DNA of 61,843 nt, the filler included. It is 10 parts of 10 records of this genome, joined end to end, with 100 filler letters (N's around TTAATTAATTAA, not from the genome) between each part and the next. Parts side by side here need not be neighbours in the genome. Positions count along the whole stretch, not along the records: positions 36,366 to 47,354 come from SRR7504441_6666; positions 47,455 to 52,770 come from SRR7504441_6668; positions 52,871 to 57,772 come from SRR7504441_6677; positions 57,873 to 61,843 come from SRR7504441_6679; 6 more parts are not named here. One strand, given 5' to 3'. Of the stretch, positions 47,143 to 57,920 are shown piece by piece. The first letter of the stretch is position 1; each line of letters starts with the position of its first letter. Under the pieces are notes generated by a model. That model did not search any database. It saw only the letters and a program-made list of their open reading frames with translations, and had not been told where the DNA came from. The translations under genes were made by a program, and so were the position numbers.

Positions 47143-47567
47143 TTGCCACTTGTTGGATTTCCAAGCATAGTTTTACAGTGTCAGATGATCGCCTAATACA
47201 TGTATTCACCCGGCCGCCACAAGGCCGTTATCCCATAGGCGCGCTTACCCTATTAAATTGGTACATCTAATGAATCTGATTTACGAGTATCTAAGAGAGA
47301 GTTGTAAATCGTTTTAGTGGTGAATCTAAGCCATAACAGCCTAAGAACTACTTCNNNNNNNNNNNNNNNNNNNNNNNNNNNNNNNNNNNNNNNNNNNNTT
47401 AATTAATTAANNNNNNNNNNNNNNNNNNNNNNNNNNNNNNNNNNNNNNNNNNNNGAGGTCTAAGTCGAGTAGCACTAGTGATTCAGAATGAACCGATTAC
47501 TAATTGACTTACTAGTTATTACGAGTGATGTTCATTACCTTACATTACCTAGCTTCCGACTGCCGGA

Positions 47568-48551
47568 TTACGCCTTCTTGTTCTCGTCTTGCTCAAAGGG
47601 CTCTTGGATGCTAGCCAGATCAGTGTCAAGCGCATCTGCCAGCTGGTTCATCGATAGGTCAGCCGAACCACGCTCCTTGGGCTGTGGCTGTGCCGGATCC
47701 GGCTTCCAGGCAGTCATGCTTATCACCTCAAACGTGGCCCGCACCCCGCCGTCGGGCTCAGCATACAGCCCACTGTACACTGCCGCCATCGCCTGTAGAG
47801 TTTCACGGGGCACATATGCCCGTCGCCCGATCAGCGCGTTGGAGGCGCCCATCCCGCGCAGGTGATCCATCAGCGCGAACGCGTCCTCATACACCACCAC
47901 AATCCTCTCCAAGTCCACAGTTGGAAGCGCGAACCCACAGCGCACCAGCAGATCGCCCGCGTCTCTCACTGAGATGGTGGGCGAGACGTGCGGGCTGACC
48001 CCGCCCTCCCGTTCCTGCTCGGCGATCGAGAAGCTCGAGCGCAGCTCCTGCAGCGTCCCGCCGCCGGGCAGCGCGCACAGCAGCATCCCGTCGGGTTTGA
48101 GCGCCCTATTGGCTTGGATCAGCACGCCGACCAGGTCATTGGCCCACTGGAGCGCGCAGCTGGTCATCACCAGATCGAAGGAGTTTGGCTCAAACGGCAG
48201 CGACTCGTCGTCCGCCTCGACCCGCTCCACCTCCAGCCCCGGGGGCAGCGTCTGCCCGGCCGACCGATGGAGCGCCGTGAGCGAGTCGTCTGCCATCACC
48301 AGATGCTGGATCCCCCCCCGGCCATCTTTCAGGGCCCTGAGCACATGCCCGGTGTTGGCGCCGAGGTCGAGCGCCCGCGGGAACGGCCGAGTGACGTCGT
48401 GCAGCCGGTCGGTCAACCGGTCGGCGATCTCGTCCCGCAGGTAGTCAAACTCGACCGAACGGGGGCTGGCGGCCGCACGAGCCTTGTGCTTCCGCTTCAG
48501 CCCCCGATCGAACAGCTGGCTGCACAGCCCCCTGCACGGCACCCGTCGCAT
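47568..48551 (-). CDS. NDUFAF5: Complex I assembly factor, SAM-dependent methyltransferase fold, intronless
   Basis: LFDRGLKRKHK, FDYLRDEIADRL, ALDLGANTG, LQWANDL, ALKPDG, EREGGVSPHVSP, LRGMGASNA, QPKERGS. Confidence 0.93.
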   Translation of the reverse strand: MRRVPCRGLCSQLFDRGLKRKHKARAAASPRSVEFDYLRDEIADRLTDRLHDVTRPFPRALDLGANTGHVLRALKDGRGGIQHLVMADDSLTALHRSAGQTLPPGLEVERVEADDESLPFEPNSFDLVMTSCALQWANDLVGVLIQANRALKPDGMLLCALPGGGTLQELRSSFSIAEQEREGGVSPHVSPTISVRDAGDLLVRCGFALPTVDLERIVVVYEDAFALMDHLRGMGASNALIGRRAYVPRETLQAMAAVYSGLYAEPDGGVRATFEVISMTAWKPDPAQPQPKERGSADLSMNQLADALDTDLASIQEPFEQDENKKA

Positions 48552-48644
48552 TGATCCTGGGCACTGGTCGCGACGAGGACCGCCGAGAATAACGGAAGAG
48601 AACACCGCCTCCGCCGGGGTGAGGCCCCTGGACTCCCAGCGCCG
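48552..48644. promoter_or_regulatory. Putative bidirectional promoter with TAACGGA at 48590-48596
   Basis: 93 nt between divergent ATGs. Confidence 0.6.
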
Positions 48645-50957
48645 ATGTGGCCTGTCAGGTCTGTCACTCGATGTGGCCGAACGATCGCTCATCAGAACAG
48701 TGGCGCAGCGCGAGCACTGTCGCTGCTCCTCGTCGGAGTCTGCTCTGTGTCCGCGCATCCGTTCCAAGGATGCCTCAACATCTCGGCCTCGCGTTTGCCG
48801 TACTGCAACGCGAGTCTGCCGTACCGTGCGCGGGTTCGGGATCTCGTGCGGCGCCTCGAGCTGGCCGAGAAGCTCAGCCTGCTGTCGCCCTCCATAGCGC
48901 CGTTCTGCGGCGTTCACACAAGAGCTGTGCCGAGGCTCGGAGTTCCACTGTACCGGTGGCTCACTGAGACCAACACGGGGGTCATGGCGAGCTGCGTGAG
49001 CGTCAATCGATGCCCGACTACGTTCATCGGGCCGCAGGGCATGGCCGCAAGCTTCAACAGGTCGAGCTGGTGGCAGAAAGGCGACGTGACCAGCACAGAT
49101 ATGCGAGCGGTTTACAATTCATTCGTCGGCGACCCCTATTCTGCTACTGGGCTCACCGGCTGGGGCCCCAACATTAATCTTGTGAAGGACCCTCGCTGGG
49201 GCCGCAACTCGGAGGTCCCGGGAGAGGATACGCTGCTCTCCGGTGAGTATGCGAGGCACTTCACTAACGGGATACAACAGACCAAGCCAGGCCGGCACGG
49301 CGAGCCAGTCATAAAGATGAGGAGCTATCTCAAGCATTACACAGCGTACAGTGTGGAGCAGGACCGGCTGACCTTCTCAGCCAACGTCACTGCGTTCGAC
49401 CTGCATGACTCCAACACTCCGCATTTCAAGGCTGCTCTCACCCAGGGCAACTCTAGTGGTGTCATGTGCTCTTACTTCGCCCCAAACGGAGTCTCGGCGT
49501 GTGGCAATCCTTACCTGTTGAACGAGCTGCTTCGGGAGACCTGGGGGCGAGCTGATGCGCTTGTGATGAGCGACTGCGGAGCAATTGAGAACCTGCGCAC
49601 TGGACGCGGGCCATTGGATGATTACCAGAAAGTCGCCACTGCCATGAATGCGGGGATGGACCTGTATGCTGGAGGCGGCAGCAATCTCTACGGCGACGGT
49701 CACCTTGAGACTGCCGTGAAACGCGGCCTCTCTTCGGTTGCAGCAGTAGACGCAGCTGTGGAGAGGGTCCTCGCGCACCGATTCTCTTTAGGTCTGTTCG
49801 ACTCAGCGGACCACAGCCCATGGCGCGGGATTAGCGTGGCAGATCTGAACTCAACCCATTCACGGCAGGTAGCATACGAGGCCGGGCTGCAGGGGACAGT
49901 GCTGCTGGCGAACCAAGCTGGGGCGCTGCCGCTGAGCAAGGGCGCGAAACTGGGCATTGTGGGGCCTCTCTCAAATGACTCTAGCATGTACCTGAGCTCT
50001 TACGCGGCCGCCACGGGGGCGTGGTCCCCGAGCATTTGGGAGGCGTTGGGCGAGCTCAACACCGCTGGCACCGTCGATTTCTGCCAGGGAGTTGGACTGC
50101 TAAGGCCTGTGAATGCTCATGCCGTGGACGAGGCGCTGGGCCTGGTGAATCGGTCCGAGGCCGTGGTGTTGGCGTTGGGAATCACAAGAGAAGTCGAACG
50201 GGAGGCGCTCGATCGCGCCAACACCACTCTGCCTCCTGGACAGCAGGAACTGGCGCTCAAGATTATTCAAGCTGCAGGGAGCAAGCCGGTGGTAATCGTT
50301 TTGGTCAATGGAGGAATTCTGTCGATTGATGATCTAGTCGATGCAGCCAAAGGGAAGCGAGTGGCTTTCATCGAAGCATTCAACCCTTCTCAGCAGGGCA
50401 GCCGTGCTTTGGCCGCGCTGATGTTCGGGGATGAGAATCGCTGGGGTAAACTTCCAGTGACTATTTACCGGAAGGACTATGCAGCCACCAGAACGATGCA
50501 GGACATGACTTTTACCAACCGGTCCTACCGATACTACACTGGTGAGGCCCTGTTCCCGTTTGGGCACGGGCTCAGCCTCACTACTTTCAGCCACACCGAA
50601 TGTGCGTGCTCGCGAGCAGTAACTGCCGGTTTCGATTGCGCATGTGAGGTCAGCAACACAGGGTCAGCCGTCGGAGATGAGGTGCTGTTGGTTTATCACG
50701 CAGTCAGCGAGGCCATACGGGCTGTTGCATCCAAGCTGCACCCGGTACCTATACGGCGGCTAGTGGACTTTGCGCGCTTCAGACTGGAACCAGGTGGGAA
50801 GGCCAAAGCTAGTTTTAGCCTCCCTGGCGATGTGCTGGCGATCACCACAGCGGATGGCAACCGCACGGTCTACGAAGGTGCACACAATCTTATCTTTTCA
50901 CGGGGCGATGCTGCCACAGACGTGGTTGTGGACATTGAGGCGCTTGCACTAACTTAG
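48645..50957 (+). CDS. Secreted GH3 glycoside hydrolase (beta-xylosidase/arabinofuranosidase-like) with Fn3-like C-terminus
   Basis: DPRWGRNSEVPGED, LKHY, VMCSY, nucleophile MSDCGA, LFPFGHGLS; removing a likely in-frame intron 48659-48700 yields signal peptide MWPVSGAARALSLLLVGVCSVSA. Confidence 0.92.
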   Translation: MWPVRSVTRCGRTIAHQNSGAARALSLLLVGVCSVSAHPFQGCLNISASRLPYCNASLPYRARVRDLVRRLELAEKLSLLSPSIAPFCGVHTRAVPRLGVPLYRWLTETNTGVMASCVSVNRCPTTFIGPQGMAASFNRSSWWQKGDVTSTDMRAVYNSFVGDPYSATGLTGWGPNINLVKDPRWGRNSEVPGEDTLLSGEYARHFTNGIQQTKPGRHGEPVIKMRSYLKHYTAYSVEQDRLTFSANVTAFDLHDSNTPHFKAALTQGNSSGVMCSYFAPNGVSACGNPYLLNELLRETWGRADALVMSDCGAIENLRTGRGPLDDYQKVATAMNAGMDLYAGGGSNLYGDGHLETAVKRGLSSVAAVDAAVERVLAHRFSLGLFDSADHSPWRGISVADLNSTHSRQVAYEAGLQGTVLLANQAGALPLSKGAKLGIVGPLSNDSSMYLSSYAAATGAWSPSIWEALGELNTAGTVDFCQGVGLLRPVNAHAVDEALGLVNRSEAVVLALGITREVEREALDRANTTLPPGQQELALKIIQAAGSKPVVIVLVNGGILSIDDLVDAAKGKRVAFIEAFNPSQQGSRALAALMFGDENRWGKLPVTIYRKDYAATRTMQDMTFTNRSYRYYTGEALFPFGHGLSLTTFSHTECACSRAVTAGFDCACEVSNTGSAVGDEVLLVYHAVSEAIRAVASKLHPVPIRRLVDFARFRLEPGGKAKASFSLPGDVLAITTADGNRTVYEGAHNLIFSRGDAATDVVVDIEALALT

Positions 50958-51223
50958 TCTAACTATCAACATAAAAGTCGTCTTGTGCACTCGTTTGGTC
51001 GTCCGAGTCGTCGTCCGCGGCTTTCGTTGCGTCGACCAATGCAGAGAGTTGGCTTGGGTTCGCGGTGAGGTACGAGTAGCCACGGAGCGCTAACGGAGCG
51101 CGCCGGAGTAGCAGGAGTAGCCAAGGAGTTTGAGCTCTGGCGCGAAGGGACGCCGGACTACATGTACGTACGCCGGCCGGGCAACTGCGGCGGCGAGAAG
51201 GGATGATGATGGAAAATATATTA

Positions 51224-52770
51224 TCAGTTGCCTCGCGATGTATAACCAGAACTAACAAGCTCGAATTCGGTACGCGTAATCCTACTGTCCTTGTTCAAAT
51301 CTAAAAGGTCGAACAACTCGGGACTCAACTCTGAAAGTGCTTGTGCAACCCGGGTCTGCTCGAGCCCAATGAGACGCACCAACTCTTGTAGTTTTTCGTC
51401 CAACACGGGTCCCTTGTAATGCCCTCCACCTGCATATCAACGAGCTAAGTGTTAGGCCGGTCACTAGTGGCTACCCAAGTACATATCCGCCGGCTGCTTA
51501 GCAGTGATCAAGTCCATGCGCACAAGGCGTAGGTGTTCAAACCCATCGATAGCATCAATTACCACCTGGTTTGCATTTGTCATCCCTTGCTGAGTCTGAC
51601 TGTAGTTCAAGCATTGTGCACGATGTGCAGCTGTTCCATTCCAGCACGATACGCATTGCCTGTTGCCTGGACCTCTTAATTTCTCCGGATGCTTAATCTT
51701 CTCGCTATTCGCGTGGTCTTCCTTGTCACTGTAAGTATTGGCTGTGCCCACAAACCCTACCATACCTGCCAGCGAAGCAGCTTTGTTGAGCTGAGACATT
51801 AATGATAATATTGATGCACGAAGGTCGAATGCCTCGTTGCATATTACTGTGTTCCACAGAGGATGGTACAGCATGTGCAACAAAGGCACTCCGAAGTAGA
51901 AAATACGAGTGCCAGAGTCTCGGAGCTTCTTGGCCCAACCTGCAGGAAGTGTCCCGTGTTCTTCCATTTCATAGGTCAAGCTGGAGCGCTGATTTATACC
52001 AGTGCCTCTATACTTCAGAATACGCTGTGGTGAGTGCGTTGACGCTGTGGTGTTGAGTGCTGCGAGTTTTACTCTCATCGCCTTTGATGACGCCTTTGCG
52101 CTATTCTGCATGGCTGCAGCTAATGGCTCATCAGTAATGCCTTCGAGATGCACAATGCTCCGTATGTACAGTCGGCGAGTAGGAGAATCGCCTACAAAGG
52201 CAATCCCGGATTGTGACAGTGTCAGGAGTTTCTGCCGCAGGTAGTCTCGCCAAGCCAGAGAACTTTCTGCCAACAGCAGGGCGACCTTTTGATCGGTCAC
52301 AGCGTTATGATAGTGCCCCCCTCCTTTGTACAACGAAGGGTTCCTGAACAGAGTGATGAGGTCATAGCGCAGAAGCCGAAGACGGTCATACTTTGGATTC
52401 TGTAGCGCCTCGATCGCAATCCGATTCGCATGCACCATGCCAGTGACACTCTGTGAGAGCTCCTCGCACCGGGTCTTGTTCCAACAAGAAACTTGGCAAC
52501 TGAACGTACTTGGCTTAGTCTTTAAAGATGTTCGCATCCTGGTCTCCTCTTCCGCTGTGTGGCTGTTGGCAGTTGCTAGCAGTACCATAAATCGGTGCTT
52601 GACAGCTTCACGCTGAAGGGCATCTAACGTTGCGATTATGTCAGCACGTAGGTCATACTCAGGCTCGCAAACAGGCAAGGCTCCGCCCCATCCGGGTTCG
52701 TACAGAACATGCAGAAACGGCAAGCCAACATACACGAATCGAATTCCTGAGATCTGCAGTTTGGGGTCGT
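51224..52770 (-). CDS. Tandem SGNH/PC-esterase-like domains + C-terminal EF-hand, 5'-truncated
   Basis: IAFVGDSPTRRLY; duplicated G(L/V)PxLHxLYxPxW...DLIT...GGGHY (second copy restored by intron 51474-51430); EF loop DLNKDSRITRTEF. Confidence 0.65.
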
Positions 52771-53602
52771 NNNNNNNNNNNNNNNNNNNNNNNNNNNNNN
52801 NNNNNNNNNNNNNNTTAATTAATTAANNNNNNNNNNNNNNNNNNNNNNNNNNNNNNNNNNNNNNNNNNNNAGGGAGGCCAGTTCATTGGGCTGTCGTTCT
52901 GGCAATTTACTTACGACAATACCTATCCGCCGATGAAGTATATCGCTGCGTAATGCCTGTCATCCTTGATTGCTTGATGCAGGTGGTTCAACAACTTGTT
53001 CTTGCCTGCGACTCCGTCAAGCACCGTCCTCCAGACCCTCAAGAAGGAGCTCCCCAAGCTGCAGGGATGAGATTACAAGTAACCAATAATTATAATTATG
53101 ATGCATACAGTACTGTACGAGCAGATCTTAATTCTAAACACTTCAGTTGTTTTGATTTTAACATTTTATTTGCTCACGAGTGCATGCATTGACAATTCAA
53201 TCTTATACTGCAAATCGGCGAATCCTCAACGGCGAGCTTGAAAAACCTAGTCGTTTGGCGTCGGGATGGACAACGTTCGACGAGTGGGCTACGAGTGGGC
53301 AGGGTACAATTCATGTACGTGAATTAATTTGAGGGCAGGCGGGGCGGGTACTGACACGAGTGACATTGTTGCAATTGTGCGAGTACGTATAGGTACGCGT
53401 GGACCGGCTCTAACCTTACGTGTATACATGTGCTATAATCTAGTCATGATTGCAATAAATATACTGCTGATCATGTTAGACCCCGCATTCTCATGAATGA
53501 GAAGCGTTAATTAATAACAATTACTGACAGACCTGTGCGTGCATCCGGCAGTGGTATACTAGACAGATGCATGTAATGCATGTACGCTCACCATGCTGCT
53601 CA

Positions 53603-55515
53603 CTAAAACTCGACCGTCTGGTCTTGGTAGGTGCCTGCAGGCACGGTCTTGACCTGACCAGGGTCTGGGTTGCTCAGCTTGACCTCGCCCTTGATCACCT
53701 ACTGCCCCTCACCGCGGCCCCGGGTCTGTCACTTACCACCCCAGCCTCCAGCCGCAGCTTGCCCTCCACGGTGAGTCGCTTGCACCCGACCAAGCTCGGC
53801 AGCCCGTCAGGCACCTGCCCTGGCTCAGCCGACCCATCGGGCGCACACCATAGCGTCCAGCTGGTCTACAAACTTGTAGAGCCCGCCATCTAGCTTGACC
53901 GCGGGCGGTACTCCAGCGCACTCGGCCGCCAGTTGGAGCCTCTCGTCCTTGACCACGTACGCGTCTGACCGGAGCACCAGCAGGTCGTTGCAGGTCTTGA
54001 CCGGGGCGAACCGGGTCCTGTCAGAAGGCTCCGGCCCTCGGCCCAGGCCTGGGCACCTCGGGATGAGAACCGCTTGGGCGCCTGTAAAGCTCTCAATCGC
54101 GGCGCCCATCGCCGTCTCCAGCTGGAACACCTGCCCACCAGCCTCCAGACGGCCGGGGCCGGGGCACCGGGAGCGATTGCTTGTCTCGCGGGTCGACGGT
54201 CTTTTTATTCTTGATCAGCGCGAGCGGCATGGTACCTCCGTGCTGTGTCATGGTGGCCTCTAGCGCCTCGAGGTCCACCCACAGATTGTTAGTGTTAAAG
54301 TACCTGCCGCGCACTCTTGACACTCGCCCACAGCCAAGCCGCGCCTGTGCTTCATCACATTCTGGAACTCAGCCTCGTCCTCGGCCGGGCACTGAGCCGA
54401 CTCACGGAGCACAAGCCCTCCGGTGCTCTTGCTGACACACAAGTGCCCGCCCTTCTTGTCGGCCTCTGTACGCGCGGCCACCTCCATCATGAACGGGGCG
54501 CCGGTGTGCGCAAAGTAGCTGAGCAGCTTCAGATCAAGCGTGGCTCCCAGGTTGTCTGAGTTGCTCACGAACATATACTTCTTGCCAGCAGCCAGCAGCT
54601 TGTCCAGTGTGCCGCTCCCGGCCAGCGCCGGGTAAAGGTCCCCGTGACCTGGCCAGGCTGGCAGCCGCTCCGAGCGGGTGGCGGGCCACCGGGTGGGCAC
54701 CATTCCATCGAAGGGTCGGCGGGCCACGAGGCCGGAGAAAGGTCGGACGCGTCAACCTTGGGCGACTTGTTCTGGACAAACTCGAGCGAATCTGGCGGGC
54801 CGACCTGCGGCTCGTACTTGGCCAGGTAGGCCTTAGTGTCGTCGGAGGTCGAGAAGGAGTTCATGAGCACGAAGCTCAGGTCCTTGCCCGCCTCGCCGAA
54901 CTGCGACTTCATCAGAATCACTTGCTTGGCGATGAAATCAAGGAAGGTGTCCTCCCCCTTGACCGGCAGCAGCGATTTGGCCTTGGCCAATCCCATTCCA
55001 GTCCCGAGTCCTCCGTTCAGCTTGACCACCACCGTCCTCGCCAGCAGGTTCGGATCCTCGGCCACCTGCCCCGGCTGCGGCCGACCCGACGCCCTAGCAC
55101 CTGGATGTCGCCGTACTCTGGAATCCCCTCCGCCGGGCTGATTTCGGCTTCTGAGAGCGTGGTGGCCGCCCCCGAGACTAGCTTGTTGTAGTTGGCCTGC
55201 CCATCGCTCAGCCTCGCCCGAGCAGACCAGCGCCTCGAACGCGCGGGTGGCCGGCTGGTTCAGGCCCTCGCTGGCCATCTTGGCCCGGAAGGCAGCCAGG
55301 TGCCCCTCGGCCGGCGGCAGGGCCGGCGGGCCGTCGGCGGGTGGGCGGGTGCTCTCGAGTCGATCGAGCGCGGCGTGAATCTCGTCGATCGGATCGTCGG
55401 CCTCCAGCTGGGCCAACTGGGCGGCGGCCACCGCCTGGTAGTACCGGCCGGTCGAGCGCGGGCCGAGGTACTGGCTCCCGCCGGCGTCGATCGAGCTGGA
55501 ACGTGCGAGGTACAT
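53603..55515 (-). CDS. UGP: UTP-glucose-1-phosphate uridylyltransferase (UDP-glucose pyrophosphorylase), 9 exons
   Basis: KLNGGLGTGMG, LMNSFST, WCPPGHGDLY, FVSNSDNLGA, DKKGG, FNTNNLW, FQLETAMG, RFAPVKT; eight 34-41-nt introns, two GC-AG (55233-55197, 54344-54304). Confidence 0.95.
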
Positions 55516-55605
55516 CGTCTGTCCACCGGTGAGCAGCCGCTGGCCACCACCGTACCGATGTCGTCCCGGGTAAACGTCCGTTACTAACGGATCGGGCTGG
55601 TGAGA
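55516..55605. promoter_or_regulatory. Putative bidirectional promoter with palindromic TCCGTTA-C-TAACGGA (55577-55591)
   Basis: Lies between divergent ATGs 55515 and 55606. Confidence 0.65.
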
Positions 55606-56382
55606 ATGCTTCCTTTGGGCCTTCGAGCACTGGTAGGGCTCGCCCTGGTGGCGGGGGCTTGTGCCGCGCCGTCCAACGCCAGCGCCGCGGCGCCTGTAGT
55701 AGCCTGCGTGGGCGATTCAATCACGCAGGGCTACCTCTCGACCGGTGGGCTCACCTACCCAGCCCAGCTCCAGAAGCTGCTCCCCAACTTGGAGGTCAAG
55801 AACTTCGGCGAGGGCGGCCGGACCATGCTCAAGCGCGGGGACAACCCGTACTGGATCAGCCCCGGGTACAAAGCGGCGCTGGCCAGTGGCCCGAGTGTGG
55901 TGGTGCTGATGCTGGGGACCAACGATGCCAAGTACCGGAACTGGGGCCGGCTGGCCGACGAGTTCCCTGTGGATTACAAGGCCATGGTGGCCAGCTTTGC
56001 CCAGCTGGCCAGCAAACCCAAGATATGGCTGATGGTCCCGCCGCCTCTCTACCGAGACGGCACGTACGGCATGAACCAGACTGTTATCAATTCGCTCTTC
56101 CCCGGCACAGGCCCGGCCGGTGACTCGGCCAACCTGCCCGGCTGACTGGCCGCGACAGGGGTGCGTACGCTGGCCAAGGCGGCCGGGCTGCCAGCGCCCA
56201 TCGACTTGTTTTCGCTGTTTGAAGCTCACTGCCCTGTGACTGGAGGCACGCCTGGCCATCCGAACAACAGTACCGACACCCCGTGTGACTGGATAGCTCG
56301 GAACGGAGCCGATGCTTGTCACCCGAATGATGTGGGCTACGGGCAAATAGCCGCAGCAGTCAAAGCTGCAATCTCGCCGTGA
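55606..56382 (+). CDS. Secreted SGNH/GDSL esterase (carbohydrate acetylesterase-like), 2 exons
   Basis: Signal peptide; CVGDSITQG, NFGEGG, MLGTND, DACHPN; intron 56120-56158. Confidence 0.9.
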
Positions 56383-56660
56383 ATGGCTCAGTTGGCGTGC
56401 CAATCCAAATCATTTCAACAACTACAATCACGATCATGATTAACGATTGTACGTCGAGACATACTCGTACAAGCGTCAAGCTCTAATTAATGCCTTTATA
56501 ATGCCTCAACTTTTGATATTTGAATTCGATTTTTTTATTAACGAAAAAGGAGAGGCGATGCTTGTCACACAAGTCATTTATTAACAAGTCATTGATTGTA
56601 TCGTACCACCGCTTAATGTGTTAGTTCAGTTTTGATTGCTTCAAGTTAAGTTGACTGAAT

Positions 56661-57772
56661 CTATGAAAATTTACGCACGATGCCATGGCCGCTTAGCTCC
56701 TCTTCCTTACGTTTGATCTGAGTGGCCCGTTTCTTAGTCGGAAGCCGTTTATTTGCGTCGTACATCTCCTGCAGGTCCTCGATTAGATCGCCAACCTTCG
56801 CCAGCTCGGCCCCCGAGTAGCCCAGCTGCTCGCACAGATTCAGCGGCACGCCCAGCTCCACCAGCCGGCCTTGCTTTTCACCTGTCCACCACCCTCACAC
56901 AGTTTCAAGCCGCCAGGCAATCACCAATCAAGCCGCTCCGCTTCTCGGTTCGGATTCTTTGGCTGGCTGTCTCGAGCTCTTGGATCGAGTCAAACAGCCG
57001 GCCAATCTCCCGAATCTCCGGCCCTTGACGCTCCCAGAACGCACCGCAGCCCGACACAATGCCATCCTCCCCTCCTCCCGTGGTCGCAGCCTGCATCTGC
57101 TGGCTCTCTTCCTCTTCCGCCCTTCGTCGGGCCTCCTCCTCCTCCTGGCGCGCAGCTTCTAGTGATCGCTGACGGGCCTCCTCTTCAGCAGCAAGCCGGG
57201 CTTCTTCTTCCGCCCTCCGTCGGGCCTCCTCCTCCTGGCGCGCAGCTTCCACTGATCTCTGACGGGCCTCCTCTTCCTGCTGAGCGCGGCTGGCAGCAGT
57301 CTCGTCCACACGGAGAGCTTGCAGCTGCTCTTGCAGAGCCTCGATCCTCGCCTCCCTCCTGCACAAGTTCAATCAGCACGGCCCAGCTGAGCATGGCTGC
57401 CACCTCACATTCGACTTGCGCTGGTTCATCTCGGTCAGCTTAGCCAGCTCGGCCTCGAGCTCACCCACTTGGGCCGCTGATGGCTGCTGCCCCAGGCTCG
57501 CTGTGGCAGTTTGGCTCGTCTCGGAGGTGTTCTGCACGCTTTGTGACCTTTCCGAACGAATGATCTCCTCTGCCAGCTCCCTTTCCCTCTCTTGCCTTTC
57601 CTGCCTCTCCTGGCTTTCCCTCGCTTCACGCTCCCGTTCCTGGCGCACTCTTTCGGCCAAAGCTCTCTCTTTCTCTTGCCTTTCCTGCCTTTCCTGCCTC
57701 TCCCTCTCCTCCTGCTCCTGGCGTGCTCTCTCTGCTAGTTCGCGCTCTTGCCTTTCCTGCCTCTCCCATCTT
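56661..57772 (-). CDS. Charged coiled-coil protein, 5'-truncated
   Basis: (QER)n and EEEARxR repeats; two GT-AG introns join three ORF pieces. Confidence 0.55.
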
Positions 57773-57920
57773 NNNNNNNNNNNNNNNNNNNNNNNNNNNN
57801 NNNNNNNNNNNNNNNNTTAATTAATTAANNNNNNNNNNNNNNNNNNNNNNNNNNNNNNNNNNNNNNNNNNNNTGGAGTCTCGTTCGTGCTCCGTGGCTCG
57901 TCCGGAGAGACACAGGCTCG

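Noticed and set aside
39064-56382. Apparent large carbohydrate cluster (ARA1, GalE, GH3 xylosidase, UGP, two SGNH esterases)
   Set aside because: These genes lie on three different contigs; only ARA1 and GalE, GH3 and the tandem SGNH gene, and UGP and the GDSL esterase are physically linked.
6012-57872. Nine regularly recurring TTAATTAATTAA elements in N-runs
   Set aside because: Identical 100-nt artificial contig joins, not a biological repeat or CRISPR array.
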